Assembly (NCBI GenBank): GCA_947455165.1
Contig: CANGMP010000004.1
Coordinates: 890 to 64,889, forward strand
DNA: 64,000 nt
DNA from: Acidimicrobiaceae bacterium
Lineage (GTDB): Bacteria > Actinomycetota > Acidimicrobiia > Acidimicrobiales > RAAP-2
Direction: 5' to 3'
Shown here: positions 47,039-56,747 of the stretch, one piece after another
Numbering within the stretch: the stretch's first letter is position 1
How the letters are laid out: each line of letters starts with the position of its first letter
Notes under the pieces: model-generated
The model's input: only the letters and a program-made list of their open reading frames with translations
What the model was told of the DNA's origin: nothing
The model's database searches: none
Translations under genes and position numbers: made by a program

Positions 47039-48517
47039 ATGTCTGATAACGAAATTCAGGGTGCCGACCCCCGTCGCTGGTTTGCCCTCGTAACTATCGC
47101 CCTCGCGCAACTCATGGTTGTGCTCGACGCCTCAATTGTGAACATCGCCCTGCCTCATGCACAGTTGGCGCTTCACATCTCTGACGCCAACCGCCAGTGG
47201 GCCATCACGGCCTACACCTTGAGCTTCGGTGGTTTTTTGCTCCTCGGTGGTCGCATCGCTGACTTCACCGGTCGCAAGAAGACCTTCATGATTGGTCTGG
47301 GTGGCTTCGCCTTCGCGTCGCTGCTCGGTGGACTCGCCTGGAACCAGCAGGCCCTCTTTGCCGCCCGAGGGCTGCAGGGAATGTTCGGTGCCCTGCTCGC
47401 CCCGGCCGCACTGTCGCTGCTTTCGGTCACCTTCACTGACGCCAAGGAGCGCGCCAAGGCCTTCGCCGTCTACGGCGCACTGTCAGGCGTTGGCGCTGCC
47501 ATCGGTCTCATCATGGGCGGACTCTTGACGCAGTACACCAGCTGGCGTTGGTGCTTGCTCGTTAACACCCCAATGGCCATCATTGCCATCGCACTGACGG
47601 TCAAGAACGTGCGTGAGTCCCGCGTCACCAAGGGCGACACTCGTTATGACGTTCCTGGTGCCATCACGGCCACCCTCGGGATGCTCGGCATTGTCTACGG
47701 CGTTTCGGAAGCGTCAACGAAGGGCTGGACTTCAACCTCGGCCCTCACCTTCATGATCGTGGGAGCCCTGCTGCTCGCCACCTTCTTCTTCCTCGAAACC
47801 CGCGTGCCGCATCCGTTGTTGCCGCTGCGCCTCTTTAACCGCATTCGCGGTGGTGCCTACCTGAGCTCGATCCTCAGCGGTATGGGCATCTTCGGCATGT
47901 TCTTGTTCATGACCTTCTACTTCCAGAACATCCACGGCTACTCGGCCGTGAAGTCGGGTCTGTGCTTCTTGCCCTTCTCGCTTTGCGTCATCATCTCGGC
48001 CGGCTCAGCGAGCAAGTTGCTCCCCAAGATTGGCCCGCGCCCCCTAGCCACGCTCGGTCTCACGATGGCCGCCTTTGGCCTCTTGTACCTCTCGATGTTG
48101 CAGGCCGACAGCTCCTACGTCACCCACGTGCTGCCCGGCCTCATGCTGATGAGTCTCGGTCTCGGTGGTGTCTTTGTTAGCCAGTCAACGACCGCCCTGC
48201 ACGACACGCCCTTCCACGACATCGGTGCGGCTTCGGCTCTGCTGAACACCAGTCAGCAGATTGGTGGGTCATTTGGAACTGCCATTCAGAACACCATCGC
48301 GGTGACGGCTACCGGCAACTTCCTGGCCGCCGCGGCCAGCAAGGGCATGGGGGCAATCACGCCGTCAGTCCAGGCCGCTGCTGCGGTTCACGGTTTTGAC
48401 ATGGCCTTTCGCATTGGCTCAATCTTCGTCTTGGCCGGAGGCATCGCCTTCTACCTCTTGTGCAACATTGAGCGTCACGAACTCGGACACGCTGAAGTGC
48501 CGACCGGCGCTCACTAG
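47039..48517 (+). CDS. MFS transporter, DHA2 family
   Basis: QLMVVLDASIVNIALP, GGRIADFTGRK, WRWCLLVN, QQIGGS; about 14 TMs. Confidence 0.92.
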   Translation: MSDNEIQGADPRRWFALVTIALAQLMVVLDASIVNIALPHAQLALHISDANRQWAITAYTLSFGGFLLLGGRIADFTGRKKTFMIGLGGFAFASLLGGLAWNQQALFAARGLQGMFGALLAPAALSLLSVTFTDAKERAKAFAVYGALSGVGAAIGLIMGGLLTQYTSWRWCLLVNTPMAIIAIALTVKNVRESRVTKGDTRYDVPGAITATLGMLGIVYGVSEASTKGWTSTSALTFMIVGALLLATFFFLETRVPHPLLPLRLFNRIRGGAYLSSILSGMGIFGMFLFMTFYFQNIHGYSAVKSGLCFLPFSLCVIISAGSASKLLPKIGPRPLATLGLTMAAFGLLYLSMLQADSSYVTHVLPGLMLMSLGLGGVFVSQSTTALHDTPFHDIGAASALLNTSQQIGGSFGTAIQNTIAVTATGNFLAAAASKGMGAITPSVQAAAAVHGFDMAFRIGSIFVLAGGIAFYLLCNIERHELGHAEVPTGAH

Positions 48518-48532
48518 TTGAGCGCGAGTTCG

Positions 48533-48751
48533 CTACTCGCTAAGAAAGGGACAGTGTCGACAGCCACTCTCGCAGCAGGTTCCTCGCTCGAGGTGGGTGC
48601 GGACTGTGAGCACCAACAGCCCCGTGGCGGGGTCCCGGTAGGTGGACTCGTTGGCAGCGACCGCACTGTCGTGGGCCCGCATGATCGTGTCGTAGTCAGC
48701 CCTCGTGGGGCTAAGTCGCGAGGGATGCGGAGTCGGATAGGCCAGTGCCAC
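48533..48751 (-). CDS. Small Cys-rich DUF5522-type protein
   Basis: Y.DP.TG..VLT...HL.RGTCCESGCRHCPF; TAGGTT-N6-GTG start. Confidence 0.8.
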   Translation of the reverse strand: MALAYPTPHPSRLSPTRADYDTIMRAHDSAVAANESTYRDPATGLLVLTVRTHLERGTCCESGCRHCPFLSE

Positions 48752-48782
48752 GAGGGCAACCTAGTGGTGCGGTGGCGACTCG

Positions 48783-49727
48783 CTACTCGTTGATGAGCAG
48801 AATCTTGCCGAACTTGCCGGGTTGCCCAAAGTATTCGTAGGCCGACTCGACGTCGGTCAGTGCAAAGGTTTCGTTGACAACAACCCGAAGTGTGCCGTCG
48901 GACCACAGTGGCACGAGTTGGCTATTGACGGCTTCGGCAATTGCCGCCTTCTCTGCGCGACTTCGAGCCCGCAGGGTGGAGCCGGTGAGTGTGGCTCGAC
49001 GGCTCATCAGACCCAACAGGTCGACTTCAACTCGGCCGCCACTGCCTACACCGATGACGACGACCCGTCCAAATGGTGCGAGCAAGTTCTGCGCGACCGA
49101 CAAGTGCGCGGCACCGACCAGCTCCAAAATCACGTCCACGGTTCCCACACCGGCGACATCGTCGAGGGTGACGCTTTCGGCCGCACCGAGGGCCCGGAGC
49201 GATTCGTGGTGTCGGTCGTCGCGAGTTACGGCAATGGGGCGTGCCCCGATGGCTCGAGCAATCTGCACGGCGGCCGCCCCGACACCACCAGCGGCCCCGG
49301 AGATCAACACCGTTTCGCCAGCTTGGAGTTTGGCGTTCAGCACGAGGGCGTCAAATGCCGTGGTGAAGGCTTCGGCAAAGCCTCCGGCCTCGGTGTCGCT
49401 GACCGAATCGGGCACGAAGAGCAGATGCTCGCTCGGCACCACGCAGTGGGTGGCCTGGCCACCACCGCCAACGATGGCTGCCACCCGTTGGCCCAGGGAG
49501 AGTGATGTCACGCCCTCGCCGAGCGCTTCAATGACGCCAGCGCATTCGAGGCCGGGAATGTCCTGGGGCCAGCCGGCCGGAGCGGGGTAGAAGCCGCGTC
49601 GCTGCAAGAGGTCGGCCGCATTGAGACCGGCACTGCGCACCGCAATCACGACGTCACCTGGACCTGGGGTCGGCGTCGGCCGATCGATGACGTTGAGTTG
49701 CTGATCGCTAATAGTGACGGCGCGCAT
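48783..49727 (-). CDS. NAD(P)H:quinone oxidoreductase (MDR/zeta-crystallin, PIG3-like)
   Basis: NAADLLQRRGFYP, PGLECAG, GAAGGVG, GSTLRAR, GKILL. Confidence 0.9.
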   Translation of the reverse strand: MRAVTISDQQLNVIDRPTPTPGPGDVVIAVRSAGLNAADLLQRRGFYPAPAGWPQDIPGLECAGVIEALGEGVTSLSLGQRVAAIVGGGGQATHCVVPSEHLLFVPDSVSDTEAGGFAEAFTTAFDALVLNAKLQAGETVLISGAAGGVGAAAVQIARAIGARPIAVTRDDRHHESLRALGAAESVTLDDVAGVGTVDVILELVGAAHLSVAQNLLAPFGRVVVIGVGSGGRVEVDLLGLMSRRATLTGSTLRARSRAEKAAIAEAVNSQLVPLWSDGTLRVVVNETFALTDVESAYEYFGQPGKFGKILLINE

Positions 49728-49811
49728 GGGGCCCTTTCGCTGGAACTCCCCACAAACTAAACCGAAACGGTGACGGTCGACAGGAGCGTGCTTCGCCGGT
49801 AGCGTTCCGGT

Positions 49812-50291
49812 ATGTCACTTTTCTCAACGTCCATCAACAATCTCGACGGCACCCCCGCGAACCTCTCCAACTTCGACGGTCAAGTTGTCCTCGTCGTCAA
49901 CGTGGCCTCTAAGTGTGGCCTCACGCCTCAGTACACCGGTCTCGAAGAGATGCAGAAGCACTACACCGGCCGCGGTTTCACCGTGCTCGGCGTGCCTTGC
50001 AACCAGTTCATGGAGCAAGAGCCCGGCTCGGCCGAAGAGATTCAGACCTTCTGCTCAACGACCTACGGCGTCACCTTCCCGCTCCTCGAAAAGGTGGACG
50101 TGAATGGCGAGAACCAGCACCCGCTCTACGCCGAGTTGACCAAGAGCACCGACGCCGAAGGTCACACTGGTGAGGTCCGCTGGAACTTCGAAAAGTTCTT
50201 GATTAGTCGAGACGGTTCGATTACCCGCTTCGGTCCGATGGTTACCCCCGAAGACCCGGCTCTCGTAGCCGCCATTGACGCGGCGCTCTAA
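49812..50291 (+). CDS. Glutathione peroxidase family (Cys-type)
   Basis: VNVASKCGLTPQY, PCNQF..QEPG, WNFEKFL. Confidence 0.95.
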   Translation: MSLFSTSINNLDGTPANLSNFDGQVVLVVNVASKCGLTPQYTGLEEMQKHYTGRGFTVLGVPCNQFMEQEPGSAEEIQTFCSTTYGVTFPLLEKVDVNGENQHPLYAELTKSTDAEGHTGEVRWNFEKFLISRDGSITRFGPMVTPEDPALVAAIDAAL

Positions 50292-50294
50292 GGC

Positions 50295-51209
50295 TTAGCT
50301 CAGTCCAATTTCACGGTGGAGCCTGACGTAGGTCAAGTCAAAGCCGGCCCGAGGCCAGTGTCGGGCCGCGGCCCGATTTGTAAAGCGCCAATTCGTTTCC
50401 ATGGTTGCCATGCCCTGCTGACTAGCGATGTTCATGAGACTGTGCGTCAGCGCGGTGCCGAGTCCGCGACCACGATGCTCGGGGAGCAGTGTGACGGCCC
50501 CGAGCTGGACGGTCTTTGGAGCAACGCCGACGCTGACACCGAGCTCAAAGATGAGGGCTTGGCCAACCACGTATCCCTCGTGACGCACCACGAGGTGATC
50601 AACGGTCGGGTCTTCCAGCGTCTCGCGCCAGTCCTCTTCGCGACTGTCGTGATTGACGCTCAGGGCGAAGCTGGGCGACGCCGATTGAACGGTTTCGAGT
50701 TCACTATCCAACGCGATCGCCTCGCCGAGTGCGTCAAGGCCGCCGACTTCAATGGCGTAGCCGTCGGGTAGGAGTACCTCTGCGTGGGGACGCACCGGTT
50801 GCAGGCCGCGAGCGTGCATGTAGTGAAAGCCGAGCTCCAGCCACGGTTGAATGAGGTCGCGATCGGCCGGGAGCCAGATGTAGTGGTGACGAACGTCTTG
50901 GGCGAAGAGGTCGGCGGCTAGTTCGGTGTACAGAGCGTCGGTGACTTCATCGCTCGTCGAACCAAAGTGACCGACGTTGATCCACGCGCCGTGCTTCCAC
51001 GGCCCCGCGGTGCGCAGCTCGTAGCCCATTGTGCCAACGAGCTCACTTCCTTCGAAGGCATGTACCCGTCCAGAGTTCGGGAGCTGTTGCAGTGTCGCCT
51101 CAGTCGGCAGCGGCATGCTCGGGACACGCACATGAGCGCGTTCCAGCCACGACAGGAGAAAGGAAGTGCGCTCCGGCGAGGCCGATTCGTTCTCGCGCGT
51201 GAAGTCCAT
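50295..51209 (-). CDS. GNAT acetyltransferase (two-domain)
   Basis: C-terminal PEHRGRGLGTAL acetyl-CoA motif, N..A..W...GF. Confidence 0.78.
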   Translation of the reverse strand: MDFTRENESASPERTSFLLSWLERAHVRVPSMPLPTEATLQQLPNSGRVHAFEGSELVGTMGYELRTAGPWKHGAWINVGHFGSTSDEVTDALYTELAADLFAQDVRHHYIWLPADRDLIQPWLELGFHYMHARGLQPVRPHAEVLLPDGYAIEVGGLDALGEAIALDSELETVQSASPSFALSVNHDSREEDWRETLEDPTVDHLVVRHEGYVVGQALIFELGVSVGVAPKTVQLGAVTLLPEHRGRGLGTALTHSLMNIASQQGMATMETNWRFTNRAAARHWPRAGFDLTYVRLHREIGLS

Positions 51210-51251
51210 TTGCCTAGGCTAACGAGCAGTCCTCACAGGAATGGAAACGTC

Positions 51252-51917
51252 ATGACTCAGTTGCACGCCACGTTGTTCGACATGGACGGACTTCTGCTTG
51301 ACTCTGAAATTCTGTGGCACAAGGCCGAGGCCAAGATCCTCGGCGACCTCGGTGTCTCAATCCCGACCGGTGCGGTTCGACTTACCAAGGGCATGTTTGT
51401 GTCGGAAGTCGTTGACTTCTGGTTTGGTGAGCACCCGTGGACCGGGCCGACGCGCCCTGAGGTGGTGGCGATGATCTTGCAAGAGGTTGGTGACTTAGTG
51501 GAGTCTGAAGGCGTCATGCTGCCGGGCGCTCTACGCGCAATTGAGTTGTCTTCGCAACGAGGTCCGATTGCGCTCGCCAGCTCCACGCCTCGTCCCCTCA
51601 TCATGCGATGCCTGAACCACTTTGGCCTCGTCGAGCGCTTTAACTCAATTCACTCGGCCGATATCGAGCCTTACGGCAAGCCTCACCCCGGCGTCTTCTT
51701 GAGTGCAGCCAAGGCGCTGGATGTCTCGCCAATGAACTGCTTGGTCTTTGAGGATTCGGCCGCTGGCGTCCTGGCCGCCAAGGCCGGTCGCATGACGTGT
51801 GTGGCAGTGCCTGTTGAGGAGGAGCGCCGGATGCCGGCCTTCCAAATTGCCGACCTCGTTCTTGACACGCTCGAGGATCTCTCGACGGCGTGGCTGGACG
51901 AGCGCTTTACGCGCTGA
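51252..51917 (+). CDS. HAD-IA phosphatase (HxpB/YniC-like)
   Basis: FDMDGLLLDSE, ASST, GKPHP, FEDS..G. Confidence 0.88.
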   Translation: MTQLHATLFDMDGLLLDSEILWHKAEAKILGDLGVSIPTGAVRLTKGMFVSEVVDFWFGEHPWTGPTRPEVVAMILQEVGDLVESEGVMLPGALRAIELSSQRGPIALASSTPRPLIMRCLNHFGLVERFNSIHSADIEPYGKPHPGVFLSAAKALDVSPMNCLVFEDSAAGVLAAKAGRMTCVAVPVEEERRMPAFQIADLVLDTLEDLSTAWLDERFTR

Positions 51918-52383
51918 GGTCCTTCTTAAATTTGAGCCCCTCGGGGTAGTGCTCGGCACCCTCGGGGAATGCGGTGACGCGCTCGTAGTTAATTCGTGAA
52001 TAAAAGGCGATGGCTTCGGGTTGACGGTCGCCCGTTTCGAGGTAGATGGTCAAGAAGCCGGCCTCAGTGGCCCACGTCTCGAGTTCGCTCATCAGTCGCT
52101 GGGCGACACCGAACTTGCGTAGGTCGGGCCGGACCCAGAGTCGCTTGACCTCCGCAACCCGATCGGCCGGGTCAGTGATGGTCCGTAGCGCCACGCCACC
52201 GGCGAGGTGGCCATCGATGCGGGCGACGAAGAAGGCCCCATTGGGTGGGTCGAGTTCCTCAAAGTGGAGACTGTGATCATCGGCGTTGGCTCCGTACCGG
52301 CGATTGAGTTCATCGAGGGCGCAGTAGACGAGTGCACGGACGGCGGGCGAGGTTGAAGGTTCGCGATTGACCTGAATTTGCAC
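51907..52383 (-). CDS. GNAT acetyltransferase
   Basis: AEVKRLWVRP..R..G.A, LETG.RQPEAIAFY. Confidence 0.88.
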   Translation of the reverse strand: MQIQVNREPSTSPAVRALVYCALDELNRRYGANADDHSLHFEELDPPNGAFFVARIDGHLAGGVALRTITDPADRVAEVKRLWVRPDLRKFGVAQRLMSELETWATEAGFLTIYLETGDRQPEAIAFYSRINYERVTAFPEGAEHYPEGLKFKKDLSA

Positions 52384-52452
52384 GTGGCAACCCTAGGAGC
52401 GAACCGTCGTGCGCTCGCCGTCTTCTACGATAGGAACAACCAAAGGGGAGAT

Positions 52453-55400
52453 GTGTTCCGTCCAATCAGTGCTGATATTGACTTCGTCGCGCTCGAAGAG
52501 GCCGAACTCGTCCGCTGGAAAGACCAGGACATCTTTGCCCGGTCGATGCGTCAGCGCGAGGGTGCTACCCCCTGGGTCTTTTACGAAGGTCCACCTACGG
52601 CGAATGGAAAGCCGGGTTTGCACCACGTCTGGGCCCGTATTTATAAAGACTTCTTCTGTCGCTACCAGACCATGCAGGGTCACTTTGTGCCCCGTCGAGC
52701 TGGTTGGGACACCCACGGCCTGCCCGTTGAAGTCGAGGTTGAAAAGCGACTCGGAATCTCGGGCAAAAAGGCCATTGAAGACGAAGTCGGCATCGCCGAG
52801 TTCACTCGACTCTGCCGTGAAAGTGTGCACACCTACGTCGGTGAGTTTGAAAAGCTCACCGAGCGCATTGGCTACTGGGTCGACCTCGAGTCGGCCTACT
52901 GGACCTATCACACCAGTTACGTCGAATCGGTGTGGTGGCAGCTCCAGCAACTCTTCAACAAGGAGTTGCTCTACGAAGACCTCAAGGTCGTTCCCTACTG
53001 CCCGCGATGCGGCACGGCGTTGTCGAGTCACGAACTCGGCCAGCCCGGTGTCTACACCGATGAGACCGACGAGAGCTGCTACGTGCAGCTCGAGATCACT
53101 GACGCCCACGACCTGCCGGGCGCTACCCACCTCGCCGTGTGGACGACGACGCCCTGGACGCTGCTGAGCAACGTTGGTGTGGCCGTTAATCCCGACGTGA
53201 CCTACGCCGTCGTGAACGGACTGGTGATGGCCGAGGCGCTCGTCGAGGCGGTCTGCGGCGAAGGCGCCACGCCTGACGCCACCTTCCCCGGTGAGCGTCT
53301 CGTGGGACTGCACTACCGTCGCCCTTTTGACGACGTCGAGTTGCCCGATGGCGCTGACGCCTGTCGTGTCGTTCCGGCCGACTACGTCACGACCGAAGAC
53401 GGCACCGGTCTTGTCCACCTCTCGCCGGCCTTTGGTGAGATTGACCGCCAGGTCGCTCGTGCCAACGGTCTGCCGACGGTTAACCCCGTTGGTCCCGACG
53501 GGGCTTTCACGAGTCAGGTCGCCTGGCTCGCCGGCACCGGCGTTCGCGAAGCCAACTCGCAGATCAACAACGAACTCGAGCGTCGCGGCATTCTGATTCG
53601 CCGCTACGACTACGCCCACTCCTTGCCGCACTGTTGGCGTTGCTCGACGGTCCTTATCTACTGGGGTAAGCCCAGTTGGTACATCGCCACGTCGAAGTTC
53701 AAGAACGAGATGATGGCCGAGAACCAGACCATCGACTGGCACCCCGAGCACATTCGTGACGGTCGCTTTGGTGAGTGGCTGGCCAACAACGTTGACTGGG
53801 CCCTCTCTCGCGATCGCTTCTGGGGAACACCGCTGCCGATCTGGCGCTGTGGCGACGGACACCTCACGTGTATTGGTTCGCTCAAGGAGCTCGGTGAGCT
53901 TGCGCAGCGCGACTGCAGCGAACTTGACCCCCACCGCCCGTCGATTGACGAAGTGACGTTCGCCTGCCCGACGTGTGGGGGAGAGGCGCACCGCGTCGAG
54001 CCCGTCATTGACGCGTGGTTTGACTCGGGAGCCATGCCGGCAGCTCAAGTGGGATACCCCCACGTGCCCGGCTCGGAGGCCCAGTTCAACTTCCCAGCCC
54101 AGTTCATCGCCGAGGCCATCGACCAAACTCGTGGCTGGTTCTATTCACTGCTGGCCGTCAACACCCTCGTCTTTGGGGCCACGCCGTATGAACACGTCCT
54201 CTGCCTCGGTCACATTGTCGACGTGGACGGACGCAAGATGAGCAAGTCGGTCGGCAACGTCATTGACCCCTGGGAGATCTTCGACACCCGCGGAGCCGAC
54301 CCGCTGCGCTGGTGGATGTTCTCGCAGGGCTCGCCCTGGACGCCCACCCGTGCGTCACTCGGCGCCATCGACTCGTCAATGCGCGAGACCCTCGGAACCC
54401 TCTGGAACACCTACAGCTTCTTTACGACCTACGCCTCGCTCAACGGCTTTGATCCGACCGACGCCGAGATTCCGGCCCGCGCCGATCGACCGGACATGGA
54501 CCGCTGGATCTTGTCGCGCTTGGAGCAGACAACGAAGGCCGTGACCGAAGCCCTCGACGGGTATGAACCGCTGCCCGCCGCGTCGGCTGTGGCCAGCCTG
54601 GTAGACGACCTGTCGAACTGGTACGTCCGTCGCAGTCGCCGCCGCTTCTGGCGTACCGACCCCAACGCGCCGAAGTCCGACACGTTGGCCGCCCAGGCCA
54701 CGTTGCTCGAAGTCCTGCAGCGCATCTCGCTGTTGTTGGCACCGTTCTGCCCCTTCGTGGCTGACTCGATGTACCGCGAACTGTTCGGCGCTGCCGACAG
54801 CGACTCGGTTCACTTGGCTGACTGGCCCGCGTTTATTGAGGCCGACATTGACGTCGACCTCGAAGCGGCCATGGTCGTAGCTCGGAGCCTGACGTCGATG
54901 GGTCGAGCGGCCCGAGCCGACGCCGGCGTCAAGGTGCGCCAGCCACTCGCTCGCGCCCTCGTCTTCTTGCCACCGGGCAGCGCTCAGCCGCCGGCCGGAG
55001 TTGTGGAAGAAGAATTAAACGTCGACGTCATTGAATACGGCACCGAACTGGCCGACGTGTTGACCTTTGAGTTGGCGCCCAACTTTCGCACGCTCGGACC
55101 ACGTCTCGGCGAAGCCGCTAAGGAGCTTCGCCCGGCCCTCGCCCAGCTCGACGGTGCGTCAGTCGCCTCGGCCTTCGAGCGCGGCGAGACGGTATCGATC
55201 ACCCTCAGTACCGGTGAGTTCGTCTTGTCGAATGAGGACATCGAACTACGAGTCAAGAGCCAGGGTGGTTTTGCCGTGGGTCGCGAAGGCGGCGAAGTGG
55301 TAGCCCTGGACCTCGCGCTCAATGACGACCTGTTGCGTCGCGGATACCTCCGGGACCTCGTTCGTCAAGTGCAAGACCTGCGCAAGACGTCGGGTCTGGA

Positions 55401-55584
55401 TGTTTCGGACCGCATCGTTCTCCACGTCGTAGGCGTCGATGACCTCGCGGAAGGCTTTGACTTGGTCGCTCGAGAAGTGTTGGCAATCGCCGTTCTTTCG
55501 ACGCCCAGCACGGGTGATGGCGAAGTTCTCAGCTTCGACGACGAGCGCGAGGGTGCTCGTGCGTGGGTGAGTAAGGCCGACTAG
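52453..55584 (+). CDS. ileS: Isoleucine--tRNA ligase, type 2 (IleRS2)
   Basis: YEGPPTANGKPGLHH, GWDTHGLPVE, WTTTPWTL, DWALSRDRFWGTPLP, DQTRGWFY, KMSKS, long type-2 C-terminus; GGGGAG RBS before GTG 52453. Confidence 0.96.
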   Translation: MFRPISADIDFVALEEAELVRWKDQDIFARSMRQREGATPWVFYEGPPTANGKPGLHHVWARIYKDFFCRYQTMQGHFVPRRAGWDTHGLPVEVEVEKRLGISGKKAIEDEVGIAEFTRLCRESVHTYVGEFEKLTERIGYWVDLESAYWTYHTSYVESVWWQLQQLFNKELLYEDLKVVPYCPRCGTALSSHELGQPGVYTDETDESCYVQLEITDAHDLPGATHLAVWTTTPWTLLSNVGVAVNPDVTYAVVNGLVMAEALVEAVCGEGATPDATFPGERLVGLHYRRPFDDVELPDGADACRVVPADYVTTEDGTGLVHLSPAFGEIDRQVARANGLPTVNPVGPDGAFTSQVAWLAGTGVREANSQINNELERRGILIRRYDYAHSLPHCWRCSTVLIYWGKPSWYIATSKFKNEMMAENQTIDWHPEHIRDGRFGEWLANNVDWALSRDRFWGTPLPIWRCGDGHLTCIGSLKELGELAQRDCSELDPHRPSIDEVTFACPTCGGEAHRVEPVIDAWFDSGAMPAAQVGYPHVPGSEAQFNFPAQFIAEAIDQTRGWFYSLLAVNTLVFGATPYEHVLCLGHIVDVDGRKMSKSVGNVIDPWEIFDTRGADPLRWWMFSQGSPWTPTRASLGAIDSSMRETLGTLWNTYSFFTTYASLNGFDPTDAEIPARADRPDMDRWILSRLEQTTKAVTEALDGYEPLPAASAVASLVDDLSNWYVRRSRRRFWRTDPNAPKSDTLAAQATLLEVLQRISLLLAPFCPFVADSMYRELFGAADSDSVHLADWPAFIEADIDVDLEAAMVVARSLTSMGRAARADAGVKVRQPLARALVFLPPGSAQPPAGVVEEELNVDVIEYGTELADVLTFELAPNFRTLGPRLGEAAKELRPALAQLDGASVASAFERGETVSITLSTGEFVLSNEDIELRVKSQGGFAVGREGGEVVALDLALNDDLLRRGYLRDLVRQVQDLRKTSGLDVSDRIVLHVVGVDDLAEGFDLVAREVLAIAVLSTPSTGDGEVLSFDDEREGARAWVSKAD

Positions 55585-56027
55585 CGCAGCTTGAGCAAGA
55601 GCGACGCGAGTTGCGCCTGCTCGGCGACACTGAGGTGACGGTCAAAGAGTTGCCCTAAAAGATCAACGTGGATGGCGAGCGCCTTGTCGAGCTGGTGATT
55701 GCCACGGTCGGTGATTTCGACGTGGATGGCTCGTCGATCGGTGGGGCAGGCCCTACGCTCCAAGAGTCCTTCGCTCACCATGCGATCGATAAGTCGAGTC
55801 GTACCACCCGTCGAGTGGACGATGGCGTCAGCAATTTCACTCATGGTGAGCCGGCCCTCGGGGGACTGGCGGAGTCGCAACAGCGTTTCGAACCATGGCA
55901 GTGGCAAGTCACAGGTGGCCCGGAGCTCGCCATCGAGCTGACGTTCGAGCCGGGCGTTGGTGTCTGAGAACTGGGCAAAGAGCAGGACGCGGGGGTCCTG
56001 GGATGGGCATTTCTCAGCGCGGGCCAT
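55581..56027 (-). CDS. MarR family transcriptional regulator
   Basis: LTMSEIA....S.GG.TRLIDRM...GLLER...PTDRR; TATCCT-N6-ATG. Confidence 0.9.
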   Translation of the reverse strand: MARAEKCPSQDPRVLLFAQFSDTNARLERQLDGELRATCDLPLPWFETLLRLRQSPEGRLTMSEIADAIVHSTGGTTRLIDRMVSEGLLERRACPTDRRAIHVEITDRGNHQLDKALAIHVDLLGQLFDRHLSVAEQAQLASLLLKLR

Positions 56028-56066
56028 GATTACAGGATAGCAACTAGTTGCCAGATAAATTATTGC

Positions 56067-56096
56067 TTGACAAATAGTTGTAAGTGCAACTATTAT
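56067..56096 (+). promoter_or_regulatory. yceI promoter (TTGACA-18-TATTAT) with a palindromic operator
   Basis: AATAGTTG-N6-CAACTATT (56073-56094) fills the -35/-10 spacer; AT-rich divergent region next to marR. Confidence 0.78.
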
Positions 56097-56134
56097 GAAC
56101 ATCAAGGAAATACCAACTACAAAAGGAGCTTGTA

Positions 56135-56680
56135 ATGAGCACTCTGCCAACTCCCGGCACATACAACGTCGACGCGGTTCACTCGTCGGTGAACTTCTCG
56201 GTCCGCCACCTGATGGCCGCCAAGGTCCGTGGTTCTTTCACGGAATTCTCTGGCACCGTCGTCATTGGCGAAACCGCTGAGGCTTCCTCGGTGACCGCCG
56301 TTGTTCAGGCCGGTTCCATCACCACCAATAACGAGATGCGCGACGGCCACCTCAAGAGCCCCGACTTCCTCGACCTCGAGAACCACCCCACGCTCGAACT
56401 GAAGTCCAAGAAGATCGTCGCGAAGAGCGGCGACCTCTACGACCTCGAGGCCGACCTCACCATCCGTGGCGTCACCAAGACCATCAACTTCGAACTCGAG
56501 TTCCTCGGCACCGGCCCCGGCATGGCGCCAGGCGTCACCGTTGCCGGTTTCGAAGCTCGTGGCGAGATTGACCGTCGTGACTTCAATGTCAACTTCGAAG
56601 GCAGCCTCGAAAACGGCAGCCTCGTGGTGGCCAACAAGGTCAACCTAGAGTTCGTCATTGAGGCCGCCCACCAGGCCTAA
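56135..56680 (+). CDS. YceI family polyisoprenoid-binding protein
   Basis: D..HSSV.F.VRHL, VRG.F, RDGHLKSPDF, LTIRGVTK, IDRRDF; AAGGAG RBS. Confidence 0.92.
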   Translation: MSTLPTPGTYNVDAVHSSVNFSVRHLMAAKVRGSFTEFSGTVVIGETAEASSVTAVVQAGSITTNNEMRDGHLKSPDFLDLENHPTLELKSKKIVAKSGDLYDLEADLTIRGVTKTINFELEFLGTGPGMAPGVTVAGFEARGEIDRRDFNVNFEGSLENGSLVVANKVNLEFVIEAAHQA

Positions 56681-56701
56681 GCCAACGCCGCAGTACCGCT
56701 T

Positions 56702-56731
56702 GATACCCCGGGGTGCAAACCCCGGGGTATC
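56702..56731. terminator. Strong hairpin after yceI (probable terminator without a U-tract)
   Basis: GATACCCCGGGGT-GCAA-ACCCCGGGGTATC. Confidence 0.6.
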
Positions 56732-56747
56732 TGCATACCATGGAGGT

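Noticed and set aside
49812-50291. Selenocysteine in the glutathione peroxidase
   Set aside because: The active-site codon is TGT (Cys); there is no in-frame TGA
52384-52452. T-box riboswitch upstream of ileS, common in Actinobacteria
   Set aside because: Only 69 bp of intergenic sequence and no T-box consensus or stem I visible
52393-54126. 577-aa antisense ORF over ileS, and similar long ones (27236-28225, 34120-35064, 45928-46935, 58769-59689)
   Set aside because: Shadow ORFs expected from high-GC codon bias opposite well-supported genes; no recognisable motifs
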